64,000 bases of DNA. It comes from Alphaproteobacteria bacterium (GTDB taxonomy: Bacteria; Pseudomonadota; Alphaproteobacteria; JAEUKQ01). Made by a program: the position numbers and the translations under genes. The stretch lies in contig JAEUKQ010000003.1 of assembly GCA_016794225.1 (NCBI GenBank), positions 10,215 through 74,214 of the forward strand, in the 5' to 3' direction. Shown here one piece after another: positions 9,952 through 19,964 of the stretch. Position 1 is the first letter of the stretch; each line of letters begins with the position of its first letter. Under the pieces are notes generated by a model, which had not been told where the DNA came from, ran no database searches, and saw only the letters and a program-made list of their open reading frames with translations.

Positions 9952-10260
9952 GATTTTATGAAAATATGTGGTTAATAAAACTATTCTGCAATAAATTAAA
10001 TGCAACAATCAAGCCGTCAAAGCTACGGCCTTTATTTTATATCAATAACAATAAATGACTCCATAAAAATCATATTATATATTTTTATTGGGCACAAATT
10101 ATAATTAATACGGCATTTTATTGTTAAATTTTTTTTAAGATGATAAATAAGTGTTCTATAGCGTCTTGTAAGCGTATTAGATGATCCTTGTTAGTTTATC
10201 AACCATTTTAGGGTGCTTTTTCCCGTAATTCTTTACTTATATTCATGATGTTATGTTATA

Positions 10261-11205
10261 ATGACTAACACAATAGCCGGTCTCCAGGATCAACCATTGC
10301 GCGCCATTACCCTAATGGTTGTTGGTATTTTTATGTTCAGTATTGCCGATGCGCTGATCAAAGCAATGTCGGGAATTTATCCTACTGGCGAGGTTATGGC
10401 TTTTCGCAATTTTTTTTCTTGCGGGCCAATGTTTTTCTTTTTTTACCGGTACGCACGCGGTAGTGTTTTTCAGACAAAAAAGCTGTTTTTACAAATATTT
10501 CGTGGATTTATTGGTTTTATTTCTATGGCTTGTGCCTTTTTGGCTTTTAAATTTATGCCCTTAGCAGACGCCGTATCGTTGACTATGTCGGGCACTATTT
10601 TTCTTGCAATATTATCAGGTTTGATCTTAAAAGAAAAAGTTTGTCGCAGTCGTTGGATAGCTATCTTGGTAGGCTTTGCTGGTGTTTTGATTATTACACG
10701 TCCAGGGGCCAGTGTTTTTAGCGGTGCTGCCATTTTTGCTATCGGCAGCGCAATGCTTTTTGCTATATCGGTGGTTTGTGTACGTTATTTAAGCCGTACA
10801 GATAGTGCCAGCACAACGGTTTTTTACTTTATTCTCGTTTGTCTTGTCTGCAGCATCCTTACAATTCCAGCGCAATGGATTTTTCCAGATAGTTCCTGGG
10901 TACGTCAAGGGATTGTTGGTTGGGTAACACCAACCTGGCCAGATATTTTAATACTCGGTCTTATTGGCTTCATTGGTGGATCAGCCCAAATTGCTGTAAC
11001 ACAGGCTTTTCGTATTGCATCCGGACCTATTGTTGTACCTTTCCAATATACTGACATTATCTATTCGATGATTATAGGCTATATCTTTTGGTCTGAAGTG
11101 CCCGACATATTTTTATATATTGGAGCTTTGCTGATTACATTGAGCGGTATTTTTATTGTCCGCTATGAAGTCAGGAAACGTTTGGTACAAAAGCGTGCTT
11201 TATAG
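10261..11205 (+). CDS. EamA/DMT-family transporter
   Basis: 314 aa, about 10 predicted transmembrane helices arranged as a two-EamA-domain protein. Confidence 0.75.
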   Translation: MTNTIAGLQDQPLRAITLMVVGIFMFSIADALIKAMSGIYPTGEVMAFRNFFSCGPMFFFFYRYARGSVFQTKKLFLQIFRGFIGFISMACAFLAFKFMPLADAVSLTMSGTIFLAILSGLILKEKVCRSRWIAILVGFAGVLIITRPGASVFSGAAIFAIGSAMLFAISVVCVRYLSRTDSASTTVFYFILVCLVCSILTIPAQWIFPDSSWVRQGIVGWVTPTWPDILILGLIGFIGGSAQIAVTQAFRIASGPIVVPFQYTDIIYSMIIGYIFWSEVPDIFLYIGALLITLSGIFIVRYEVRKRLVQKRAL

Positions 11206-12138
11206 TTTTTTTAGGTTTTCAACCTTATCCCAGAAGGTTTTTTCGAGGATCGTGTTGTTCAGTTTGTTAATTTGCTGAAATCCTGTTGGTGATGTCACGT
11301 TAATTTCTGTCAGATAATTTCCAATAACATCAATGCCCGCCAGCATAATACCCTGTTCTTTAAGAACCGGACCAATCTGTTTGCATATTTCGATGTCACG
11401 AACAGTAAGATCGGTTTTAGCAGCCAGCCCGCCAACATGCAAATTAGCACGGGACTCGCCAAGTGCTGGGATTCTATTAACTGCCCCTACAGGATCGCCA
11501 TCAATTAAAATGATGCGCTTATCCCCATACCGTACTTGGGGTATATATTGCTGTATAATCAGCGGTTCTGTCGAATGGCGTATGTGAACTTCAAACAAAG
11601 CGCCTAAATTTTCATCACCAGGTTTTAGGTGAAAAACACCATATCCCCCGTTCCCATAAAGGGGTTTTATAATAATATCTTGGTGTTTTTTCCGAAATTC
11701 AGAAATTTCTTGAAGGTCGCTTGAAATCAGTGTGGGGGGGATTAAGTTGGGGAACTGCAGCAAAAATATTTTTTCTGGGGCATTTCGTACGGATCTTGCC
11801 CTGTTAATTACCAGTACCGATGCGGGAAGCATCTCTAAAATATGGGTATTGGTAATATAAGCCATGTCAAAAGGGGGATCTTGACGAATTAAAACAACAT
11901 CAAACTTACGTAAGTCCAGTTTTTCTCTTAAACCCAAATCAGCATGAGCACCCTTTTGCCGTTTTAGGGATAGTCTATGGCCATAAGCATATATCAGACC
12001 ATCCATAAATTGTAATTGCCGTGGGGTATAGTAGTAAAGCTGATAACCACGACGTTGCGCCTCAAGACCCAGTGCAAAGGTTGTATCCGTATCAATATTA
12101 ATATTTTCAACCGGATCCATCTGAATGGCGACACGCAC
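11200..12138 (-). CDS. gshB: Glutathione synthetase (prokaryotic ATP-grasp type)
   Basis: 312 aa. N-terminus MRVAIQMDP...DTTFALGLEAQRRGY is typical of GshB. Its 3' end overlaps the convergent EamA gene. Confidence 0.9.
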   Translation of the reverse strand: MRVAIQMDPVENINIDTDTTFALGLEAQRRGYQLYYYTPRQLQFMDGLIYAYGHRLSLKRQKGAHADLGLREKLDLRKFDVVLIRQDPPFDMAYITNTHILEMLPASVLVINRARSVRNAPEKIFLLQFPNLIPPTLISSDLQEISEFRKKHQDIIIKPLYGNGGYGVFHLKPGDENLGALFEVHIRHSTEPLIIQQYIPQVRYGDKRIILIDGDPVGAVNRIPALGESRANLHVGGLAAKTDLTVRDIEICKQIGPVLKEQGIMLAGIDVIGNYLTEINVTSPTGFQQINKLNNTILEKTFWDKVENLKKL

Positions 12139-12158
12139 AAGATTTCTCCAAAAACAAC

Positions 12159-12683
12159 TTACATTCGTTGTAATAAATTAACTTTAGCAATTAAACGGTG
12201 TTTCACAACAGCCAAAATATGGATCCCCAACAAAATTATCATGAAAAAACCCATAAAAACATGAGCCGTTGCAGCAGTTTGAAAACTCTCAGGTAACAAT
12301 GGTATTGGCAAATTAAAACCAAACCAGTGTGGTTTTCCGCCAAAAGCCACAATCATGATATAACCGGATATCGGTAGCATGATTATTAAAATGTAAAAAA
12401 GAATATGAACAAGTTTGGAAATAGCTTGTTCCCAGCGTTTTAACATTCTGATAGGCAAGGGTTTATATAAAGACCAACGAAGTACAAGTCGTATCCAAAC
12501 CAATAGAAAAACAGTTAATCCAAAAGATTGGTGCCAAAAAACGGCCTGTTCGCCGGCAATAGTAACCTTATCCTCAATCATTAAACCGGTTGCGATAACC
12601 GCGATAATCAAGATAGCCATAAGCCAGTGTATTAAGCGTAAGCCTGGGTGATACCGATCAATATTTAAAGGCGATGATTTCAT
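12159..12683 (-). CDS. Cytochrome b561-family membrane protein
   Basis: 174 aa with 4 transmembrane helices. His-containing motif RLIHWLMAIL typical of the CybB/b561 family. Confidence 0.65.
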   Translation of the reverse strand: MKSSPLNIDRYHPGLRLIHWLMAILIIAVIATGLMIEDKVTIAGEQAVFWHQSFGLTVFLLVWIRLVLRWSLYKPLPIRMLKRWEQAISKLVHILFYILIIMLPISGYIMIVAFGGKPHWFGFNLPIPLLPESFQTAATAHVFMGFFMIILLGIHILAVVKHRLIAKVNLLQRM

Positions 12684-12713
12684 GGGTTAAACCTTTGTTT
12701 GGGCAATTTTGTC

Positions 12714-13058
12714 TCAAGAATATACTATTAATTTTGGCATTCGCAAGGGGCTTACCAAAGCAAGTGCCAAGCGCACATGAAATGTTTGATAGAATGGGTG
12801 GGTTGTTAAAAAAATCTGCAATTGACGATTCTGCCGGTGCTGTTGCTGGTGTTGATAAGGCCACGAACTGTAATCAAGGTTGGAACGGTATTTGACCTCG
12901 ATAGCATAGATATTATTATTTTTTATAGCAATAATATCAATCTCACCTAAACGGGATTTATAATTACGGTTAATAACCTTATAACCGCTGGTTCTTAAAT
13001 ATAACGCGGTCAAGAACTCGGCATAACGACCCCAAAAATGACTAGATTGAAAATTCAT
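12714..13058 (-). CDS. yraN: YraN-family (UPF0102) endonuclease
   Basis: 114 aa with the GExDIIAxxxxxxxxIEVKxR core motif. Confidence 0.8.
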   Translation of the reverse strand: MNFQSSHFWGRYAEFLTALYLRTSGYKVINRNYKSRLGEIDIIAIKNNNIYAIEVKYRSNLDYSSWPYQHQQQHRQNRQLQIFLTTHPFYQTFHVRLALALVSPLRMPKLIVYS

Positions 13059-13951
13059 TTATCAGCACACGATTCCCTTAACAACAAAGCTTGCTGATAA
13101 GCTGTTTTTCGCGGTATTCCAAGCTCATCTGCTGTTTGGCGAGCAGCTTCTTTCAAAGAGAGGTGTTGCAAATAATTTTTAAGAGTTTCAACCAATTTTT
13201 CTTGGGTTATTTCTGTTGATATATCTGCTGAATAACTAAGGTCTATTGCTATCACAAACTCACCTTTAATAGCTGGGATTTTTTGGTATAGTTGTAATAG
13301 GTTACTTAATAATCCACGGTTTGTTTCCTCAAATATCTTGGTTATTTCCCGACAGATTGCGCTTGGTCTGTCGCCAAATATATTTAAACAGTCAGTTAAG
13401 CTATTTAACAACCTAGCTGGAGATTCAAACAATATTAGCGTTCCTTTAAATTTTTGGAAAGAATACAAAAATTTTTGTCGGGCAACAAATTTTGAAGGTG
13501 TAAAGCCAGCAAACAACATGGGATATTGCGGTAATCCAGTTGTAACTAGCCCTGCTAAAACAGCTGATGGGCCAGGGATGGAATAGATCGGAATATTTTG
13601 GGCAATCGCTGCTTCAACCAGCTTATATCCGGGATCGGAAATCAAAGGTGTTCCAGCATCACTGATCAGGGCTATAGATTGTTTTTGGGAAAGCATCTCA
13701 ATTAAAAGAGGGGTTATGATTTCGGCGTTATGATCGTGATAAGTCTGTGTTTTTGTTTTTATGCCGTAATATTGCAAAAGCTTTTTGCTAACACGCGTGT
13801 CTTCACAAGCGATTAAATCAACCTGATTCAGGGTGTGTAGGGCACGTAATGTTATGTCTGCTAAATTGCCAATTGGTGTTGAAACAATAAATAAGCCATA
13901 AGGTGCTGTTTTAATATTTTCCAAACAAATTGCCGGAATTGATAAAGTCAT
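13055..13951 (-). CDS. rsmI: 16S rRNA (cytidine1402-2'-O)-methyltransferase
   Basis: 298 aa. N-terminus LFIVSTPIGNLADITLRALHTL...LIACEDTR is typical of RsmI. Confidence 0.9.
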   Translation of the reverse strand: MTLSIPAICLENIKTAPYGLFIVSTPIGNLADITLRALHTLNQVDLIACEDTRVSKKLLQYYGIKTKTQTYHDHNAEIITPLLIEMLSQKQSIALISDAGTPLISDPGYKLVEAAIAQNIPIYSIPGPSAVLAGLVTTGLPQYPMLFAGFTPSKFVARQKFLYSFQKFKGTLILFESPARLLNSLTDCLNIFGDRPSAICREITKIFEETNRGLLSNLLQLYQKIPAIKGEFVIAIDLSYSADISTEITQEKLVETLKNYLQHLSLKEAARQTADELGIPRKTAYQQALLLRESCADK

Positions 13952-14026
13952 TTGCCAGGCTCGTTAAAATTGTTTAAACTTGAATGCTGGATCAAAAATA
14001 AAAGTTAGTGTTGATGTCTTAACCCG

Positions 14027-15328
14027 ATGAAGAGATTGCAACCAATCATGAAATTTACCCATATTATGTTATTAGTAATTTCTATCGTTCTTAGCGCATG
14101 TCAGTCAACAGGCAATTCGGGCTTTGGAACTGCAGGAACAACAGGTGCACCAAAAGTTGCCATACTTCTTCCCTTAAGTGGTTCTAATGCAGCATTAGGT
14201 AAAAACCTTCTAAACGCTGCGCAGATGGCTGTTTTTCAAGAAGCAGGCCCGGATTTTGAATTGATTGTCAAGGATACAAACCAAAATGGGGGGGCATTAG
14301 CAGCTTTACAACAGGCAATTGATGAGGGTGCACGCTTGGTTTTAGGACCAATTTTTGCCAATCAGGTTCGAGAAATTACGCCACTTGCGGCTTCCAAGGG
14401 TGTTCAAATACTTAGCTTCTCGAATGACGAGAGTCTTGCAAAAGAAGGTGTTTTTGTTGGGGGCCTAACATTATCCCAACAGATTAACCGCATTTTTCAT
14501 TATGTTAGTACCCAAGACATCAAAAGACTAGCATTATTATTGCCAGAAAACAATTATGGTCGGGTTGTTGAAAGTGCAGCTGTTCAATATGCCAGCGCTT
14601 GGGGACTTGAAGTATTCCAAACAGAATTTTATGATCCATCGTCCAAAAATTTTTCTGAAACAGTCCGCAGATTGGGGCCAGGCGACCCTGTTCCCCTGGC
14701 ATCAACCGAAGAGGAAATAAATCAACAAAACGATTCTGCTGGTGATTTAGAACAACTCGAATATCAGGAACAAGGCACTGTTGATGATGTTGTTATTTCC
14801 AGTGAACCACCCCCAGCTTGGATGCCACCATACAAGCCTATTAAAGTTGTAAACTACCAGGCATTATTGATTGCAGAGGGTGGAGAGCGATTGATTACCC
14901 TGTCTGCTCTTGCGCCTTATCATGGCATTGATACAAGCCAAGTACGATTATTAGGAACAAATTTATGGGATGACCCAGCCTTACAGCGTGAGGCAAGCCT
15001 TCTAGGGGGATGGTATCCCAATTATGCTAGCCAAGAAAAGCAACTTTTTGAGCAGCAATACCGTCAATTGTTTGGTGTTCAACCCAATCGCTTGGCTTCA
15101 AATGTGTATGACATGGTTACATTGGCGGCCAAGCTTGGTGATAAGCCGGGGGCAAACTTTGGTCGTAACGCAATTATCAATTTCGGTGAATTGAGTGGAA
15201 AAAACGGTGTTTTTCGCTTTATGCCTAACGGTATTGCTGAATATGGATTGGCCATATATGAAGTTCAGCGCCAACGCATATTACTAAAAGACCCTGCGCC
15301 AACGACGCTTCTTCCGTTAATCAACTAA
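14027..15328 (+). CDS. LppC/LpoA-like periplasmic-binding-fold lipoprotein (Leu/Ile/Val-binding superfamily)
   Basis: 433 aa. Lipobox IVLSAC within the signal peptide. Peripla_BP-like fold (VAILLPLSG...). Divergent from rsmI, as in Rhizobiales. Confidence 0.75.
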   Translation: MKRLQPIMKFTHIMLLVISIVLSACQSTGNSGFGTAGTTGAPKVAILLPLSGSNAALGKNLLNAAQMAVFQEAGPDFELIVKDTNQNGGALAALQQAIDEGARLVLGPIFANQVREITPLAASKGVQILSFSNDESLAKEGVFVGGLTLSQQINRIFHYVSTQDIKRLALLLPENNYGRVVESAAVQYASAWGLEVFQTEFYDPSSKNFSETVRRLGPGDPVPLASTEEEINQQNDSAGDLEQLEYQEQGTVDDVVISSEPPPAWMPPYKPIKVVNYQALLIAEGGERLITLSALAPYHGIDTSQVRLLGTNLWDDPALQREASLLGGWYPNYASQEKQLFEQQYRQLFGVQPNRLASNVYDMVTLAAKLGDKPGANFGRNAIINFGELSGKNGVFRFMPNGIAEYGLAIYEVQRQRILLKDPAPTTLLPLIN

Positions 15329-16506
15329 TTATCTGTGTTTGCCAATAAATAGCGAAGAATGCTATTTAGGCGTAGTCTGCCATTTGCGGTTACAGAGAAA
15401 TTTTTAGACGTAACCGTAATCAGATCTTGTGCCTGCAGAAATAAAAGTTTTTGGTAAAGTGTGCTATTTGACAAATAGTTGCCGGTCTCAAGGTTAAATC
15501 TTGAAATGTCAATCCCCGAACTTAAGCGTAACCCCATAAGCAAGCGTTCTTGAATTTGTTCGTTAAGCGTTAAACAGTAAAAATCTTTTGTCCCATGGCC
15601 AAAGTGTATAACTTGATGTAGCCAGCTTTCCGGGATTTTTGTTTGAAGTGAAGCAAATTTTTGACCATTAAAACTAAGACGTCCATGTGCACCTGGGCCA
15701 ATACCTATATAATCTTGGTAATTCCAATATGTTAAATTATGTCGACACTCATAACCTGACTTGGCGTAATTTGATACTTCATAAAGATGAAATCCATAAT
15801 CCATAGTTATATTATTTGTTAGGTTATAAAAATCGGCAGATAATTCTTCGGTAGGCATCGTTAGATAGCCAGCTTGATAACTTTTTTCAAAAGCAGTGCC
15901 TGGTTCAATAGTTAGTTGGTATAATGATAAGTGATTTGCTGCCAACGTTAGGGCCATTTTAAGCTCTTTTTCCCATTCGTTCAAATGTTGTTGTGGTCGC
16001 GCATAAATAAGATCAAAGGAAAAATTTTCAAAATTATTGCCAGCAATATCAATAGCTTGCATCGCTTGTTGCCGGTTGTGATAGCGACCAAGCAGTTTAA
16101 GGGCATCATCCATCAAAGACTGAACACCGATTGATAATCTGTTGACCCCACAATCCCTATAAGCTTTGATTTTTTGATTTTCTATGCTGGATGGGTTAGC
16201 TTCGAGAGATATTTCTATGTCAGCTGTAAATGGCCATATTTTATCAGCCGTATTAATTAATTCCTCGACCATCTTGGGCGGCATTAAGGATGGTGTTCCA
16301 CCCCCAAAAAAAATACTTGATAAGGAATGTCCCCAGCTGCGCTGTCCATAAAAACACATCTCCTGCTTTAAGCCTTTTAGCCAATCTTGCCAAGTGACCG
16401 ATGTACGTACATGGCTGTTAAAATCACAATAGGGGCATTTGGTCAGGCAAAAAGGCCAGTGAATGTAAAGGCCAAATTTTTTTTGATTTGGTTGTGCGTA
16501 TATCAT
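15325..16506 (-). CDS. hemW: Radical SAM heme chaperone HemW (HemN-like oxygen-independent coproporphyrinogen III oxidase family)
   Basis: 393 aa. Radical-SAM CxxxCxxC motif (CLTKCPYCDFNS) at the N-terminus. Confidence 0.9.
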   Translation of the reverse strand: MIYAQPNQKKFGLYIHWPFCLTKCPYCDFNSHVRTSVTWQDWLKGLKQEMCFYGQRSWGHSLSSIFFGGGTPSLMPPKMVEELINTADKIWPFTADIEISLEANPSSIENQKIKAYRDCGVNRLSIGVQSLMDDALKLLGRYHNRQQAMQAIDIAGNNFENFSFDLIYARPQQHLNEWEKELKMALTLAANHLSLYQLTIEPGTAFEKSYQAGYLTMPTEELSADFYNLTNNITMDYGFHLYEVSNYAKSGYECRHNLTYWNYQDYIGIGPGAHGRLSFNGQKFASLQTKIPESWLHQVIHFGHGTKDFYCLTLNEQIQERLLMGLRLSSGIDISRFNLETGNYLSNSTLYQKLLFLQAQDLITVTSKNFSVTANGRLRLNSILRYLLANTDN

Positions 16507-16523
16507 TAAAATTGATTAATGCA

Positions 16524-17141
16524 TTAAAGTACTAGAAAGTTTTTTTTAAGTTGTGTAAAAGCTTGCGCACGGTGGCTAATAATATTTTTAACAGATGGAT
16601 TTAGTTCAGCCATCGTTTTGTTATAACCAGTTGGCACAAATATTGGATCATAACCGAACCCAAATTTTCCCCTTGGCGGCCAAGTTAACGTACCATTCAG
16701 TTGTCCCTCAAAAATCTTATTATACCCATCTGGCCATGCTACTGCCAAAGCGCATACGAAATAAGCCGAAAAATTCTCAAGTCTAGGGTTTTGATATCGA
16801 TATTGTAATTCGTGGTAAACTTTTTGCATTGCCATGTTAAAGTCGCGCTTATCACCCGCCCAACGGGCAGAATAGATTCCTGGTGCTCCATCTAATGCTG
16901 GTATTACGATGCCCGAATCATCTGCCAAGGCGGGTATATTGGATGCACGAGCCGCTAGCGACGCCTTTAGCAAAGCATTTGACTGAAAACTATCTCCAGT
17001 TTCTTCTGGTTCAGGCAATCCTAAATCTTTAATTGCGTAAAGCTTTGGAATATAGGGCTGCAAAATTTCCTGAAGCTCAACCAATTTGCCGGCATTATGT
17101 GTTGCTAATAGTAATTTGGTTAATGGGGAAAATCCATTCAT
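16524..17141 (-). CDS. rdgB: dITP/XTP pyrophosphatase (RdgB/HAM1)
   Basis: 205 aa; [12 protein letters not shown] and IISHRAQAF motifs. Confidence 0.9.
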   Translation of the reverse strand: MNGFSPLTKLLLATHNAGKLVELQEILQPYIPKLYAIKDLGLPEPEETGDSFQSNALLKASLAARASNIPALADDSGIVIPALDGAPGIYSARWAGDKRDFNMAMQKVYHELQYRYQNPRLENFSAYFVCALAVAWPDGYNKIFEGQLNGTLTWPPRGKFGFGYDPIFVPTGYNKTMAELNPSVKNIISHRAQAFTQLKKNFLVL

Positions 17142-17881
17142 GAGGTTACTAAACCCGCAAGGATTTGTTTTTGTTGTTCAACAAGATAGCGGGTTGCCTT
17201 TTGTGCAAGCTCAAGCATTTGCAACAATTGGGGTTGGGTAAATGAATTTTTTTCTGCAGTTGATTGAATCTCAACAATTTCACCCCTACCTGTTAACACA
17301 AAATTTGCATCAACTTCGGCATTACTGTCTTCAATATACTCAAGATCAAGAACGGGTTTTCCCTGATAAATTCCACAGGAAACGGCGGCAATATGATCTA
17401 GTAACGGAAATTGTTTTATCATTCCTGTTTTAACCAACCGCATAACTGCTTGATGCAAAGCGATATACCCACCTGTGATAGCCGCGGTACGTGTTCCACC
17501 ATCAGCCTGAAGAACGTCACAATCAATAAAAATTTGCCGTTCGCCCAAAGAATTAAGGTTTGTTACTGCCCGAAGTGAGCGCCCAATCAGGCGTTGAATT
17601 TCCTGTGTACGGCCGCTAACCTTGCCCCGTGTTGCTTCGCGCTCTGTGCGGGTTGCCGTTGATCGCGGTAACATGCCATATTCTGCGGTTACCCAACCCT
17701 TGCCAGTATTTCTTAAAAAACTTGGTACCTGAGTATCAATAGATGCGGTGCACAACACATGTGTATTGCCAAGCTGAATTAAGCAAGAACCCTCGGCATA
17801 TTTATTTACATTAATTTCCATTTTAACAGGGCGTAGTTGATCGAATTGACGGCCAGATGGGCGCAGGGGCATAGAATTCAT
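17138..17881 (-). CDS. rph: Ribonuclease PH
   Basis: 247 aa, RNase PH family. Forms a 4-nt-overlap operon with rdgB. Confidence 0.9.
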   Translation of the reverse strand: MNSMPLRPSGRQFDQLRPVKMEINVNKYAEGSCLIQLGNTHVLCTASIDTQVPSFLRNTGKGWVTAEYGMLPRSTATRTEREATRGKVSGRTQEIQRLIGRSLRAVTNLNSLGERQIFIDCDVLQADGGTRTAAITGGYIALHQAVMRLVKTGMIKQFPLLDHIAAVSCGIYQGKPVLDLEYIEDSNAEVDANFVLTGRGEIVEIQSTAEKNSFTQPQLLQMLELAQKATRYLVEQQKQILAGLVTS

Positions 17882-18060
17882 TATAAACCTTTGCGGGTCA
17901 TGGTTGATACTTTACGGGCATATACCTTACTTGTGACAAAATTATAAAACAAAACAAAATAAAATAATAGCTATCAGTTGCGATTATTAAAAATAATACC
18001 TATCTATGATAGACAAATTTTACCAAGAATTTTTTATTCAAGTATAAAAATTGATTTATT

Positions 18061-19128
18061 GTGGAAATGAGTGCTGAAAAAAGAACAACCATTAAGGAAT
18101 TAAACGAACGATCGCGCGCGGTTTTTCGTCAGGTGGTTGATGCCTATCTTGAAACTGGGGAGCCGGCAGGATCTCATTTTATTTCAAAACGAACTAACCT
18201 GAATTTATCAGCGGCAACCATCAGAAATGTTATGGCTGATCTTGAAGCTGCAGGTCTTTTGTTTTCACCGCATACATCAGCGGGTCGATTGCCAACAGAC
18301 CTTGGGTTGCGGCTATTTGTTGATGGGCTGCTGGAAGTTGGTTCTTTATCGGAAAATGAACGGCGTAGTATTGAAGATGGATGTATGCAAAGCGGCTATA
18401 ATTTATCTTCATTATTAGAGCAAGCTAGCCAAGTTATATCTGGTTTGTCCCGCTGTGCCGGACTTGTCGTTGCGCCAACAACCGACAATCGTTTGCGCCA
18501 TATTGAATTTTTGCCCCTAGGAGTTGATCGTGCTCTGGTGGTTATAGTTTCTGAAGATGGTGTAGTCGAAAATCGTCTAATTGATTTGCCCAGGGGGTTG
18601 CCAGCAACAGCATTAGTTGAGGCCACCAATTACCTTAACACCCGCATGATAGGTAAGACAATAGGTGAATCTATTGCAAGAATCATCCAAGATTTAAAGG
18701 CGCATCAAACAGAATTAGATTTATTAGCTGAAAAGGTTGTTCAAGCAGGATTGGCTACTTGGGCTGGTACTTTGGATAACCGGGTACTTATTTTAACCGG
18801 ACAAAGCCATTTGCTGGAAGAAATTAAAGAAATCGACGATCTTGAACGACTAAGGGTATTGTTCCAATTGCTTGAAAACAAGCAATCCATGATGCGCCTG
18901 CTTGAACAGGCAAAAAAAGCGAAAGACGTTCAAATTTTTATTGGCGCACAGAATGACTTATTTAACCTTACCGGCTGTTCGTTAATTATTGCTCCTTATC
19001 AAAACAAGCGACAACAAGTTGTTGGAGCGATTGGGGTTATTGGGCCAAGCCGTATAGATTATGCGCGCATAATACCCATGGTAAATTATACAGCCCAGCT
19101 TATTGGACGCTTTCTTAATAAAAAATAA
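18061..19128 (+). CDS. hrcA: Heat-inducible transcription repressor HrcA
   Basis: 355 aa. N-terminal LNERSRAVFRQVVDAYLETGEPAGS. GTG/ATG start ambiguous (18061 or 18067). Confidence 0.9.
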   Translation: MEMSAEKRTTIKELNERSRAVFRQVVDAYLETGEPAGSHFISKRTNLNLSAATIRNVMADLEAAGLLFSPHTSAGRLPTDLGLRLFVDGLLEVGSLSENERRSIEDGCMQSGYNLSSLLEQASQVISGLSRCAGLVVAPTTDNRLRHIEFLPLGVDRALVVIVSEDGVVENRLIDLPRGLPATALVEATNYLNTRMIGKTIGESIARIIQDLKAHQTELDLLAEKVVQAGLATWAGTLDNRVLILTGQSHLLEEIKEIDDLERLRVLFQLLENKQSMMRLLEQAKKAKDVQIFIGAQNDLFNLTGCSLIIAPYQNKRQQVVGAIGVIGPSRIDYARIIPMVNYTAQLIGRFLNKK

Positions 19129-19160
19129 TCGTAATATGTAACATGAATAAGAGGTGTAAA

Positions 19161-19817
19161 ATGACCAAGCCAACCAACCAGACAACCGCCCAAAACCAGG
19201 TAGCTGAGGATACAGATAGCCAAAAACATACAAAATCTTCAGGTCTAAACCAGGATAATTCCAGCACAGAACATACCCAACCAAATCCATTGGTTTTGCG
19301 TATTACTGAGCTTGAGCAGAAGTTAATTTTAGCTGATTCGGAAGTAAAACAGCTGAAAGATCAGCTATTACGTACCCTAGCTGAAAGTGAAAACACCCGA
19401 AAAAGAATGCTTCGCGAGAAAGAGGAAAGTCAAAAATTTGCAATTAGTAATTTTGCCAAAGACCTTATAGGGGTTGCTGATAACTTTGATAGGGCACTGA
19501 AAAATTTGATTACAACCGAAGACCCGATACTTAAAAACTTTATTGAGGGAATTACAATGACCGAACGGCAGCTAATGTCGGTTTTTGAAAAATATAATCT
19601 GAAAAAGATCGTTCCTGTTGGTGAAAGGTTTGATGGCCATCAACATCAAGCTGTTATGGATGTTCCGTCAAGCACACAAGCTCCAGGAACAATAGTTGAT
19701 GTTTTTCAAGCCGCTTTTTTCCTGCATGATCGACTATTGCGCCCTGCAATGGTAACTGTTGCTAAAGCCGCGTTAACTGATGCCGATGATTCAAATATCG
19801 AAACGGGAAAAAAATAA
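19161..19817 (+). CDS. grpE: Nucleotide exchange factor GrpE
   Basis: Start moved to the ATG at 19161, 5 nt after an AAGAGGTG ribosome-binding site. The ORF in the track starts 18 nt earlier and would contain that site. Coiled-coil plus GrpE C-terminal domain. Confidence 0.9.
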   Translation: MTKPTNQTTAQNQVAEDTDSQKHTKSSGLNQDNSSTEHTQPNPLVLRITELEQKLILADSEVKQLKDQLLRTLAESENTRKRMLREKEESQKFAISNFAKDLIGVADNFDRALKNLITTEDPILKNFIEGITMTERQLMSVFEKYNLKKIVPVGERFDGHQHQAVMDVPSSTQAPGTIVDVFQAAFFLHDRLLRPAMVTVAKAALTDADDSNIETGKK

Positions 19818-19832
19818 TTTTGTAATTACTGG

Positions 19833-19862
19833 CTTGCAGATTGCGTTAATCGTTCTTATATA
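19833..19862 (+). promoter_or_regulatory. Sigma32 (RpoH)-type heat-shock promoter upstream of dnaK
   Basis: CTTG (19833-36), an 18-nt spacer, then CTTATATA (19855-62). Matches the alphaproteobacterial RpoH consensus CTTG-N17/18-CYTATNT, about 100 nt upstream of dnaK. Confidence 0.55.
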
Positions 19863-19964
19863 CCTAAACAAATTCATTTACTTGATTATTGTAAGCCATT
19901 TAGTGAGCGGGGGTTGTATAGATGCTACAAGGTCTTTACCTAACCTGCCGAGAAGAGAGGAAAT

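Noticed and set aside
12658-12895. Small ORFs (68 and 73 aa) between the cytochrome b561 gene and yraN
   Set aside because: Mutually overlapping on opposite strands in a 30-bp spacer and its flanks, low-complexity, no ribosome-binding sites. Likely spurious.
17882-18060. CIRCE element (TTAGCACTC-N9-GAGTGCTAA) or RpoH promoter upstream of hrcA
   Set aside because: No match to either consensus found in this spacer, or upstream of grpE or dnaK. HrcA's operator is presumably at groESL outside the window.
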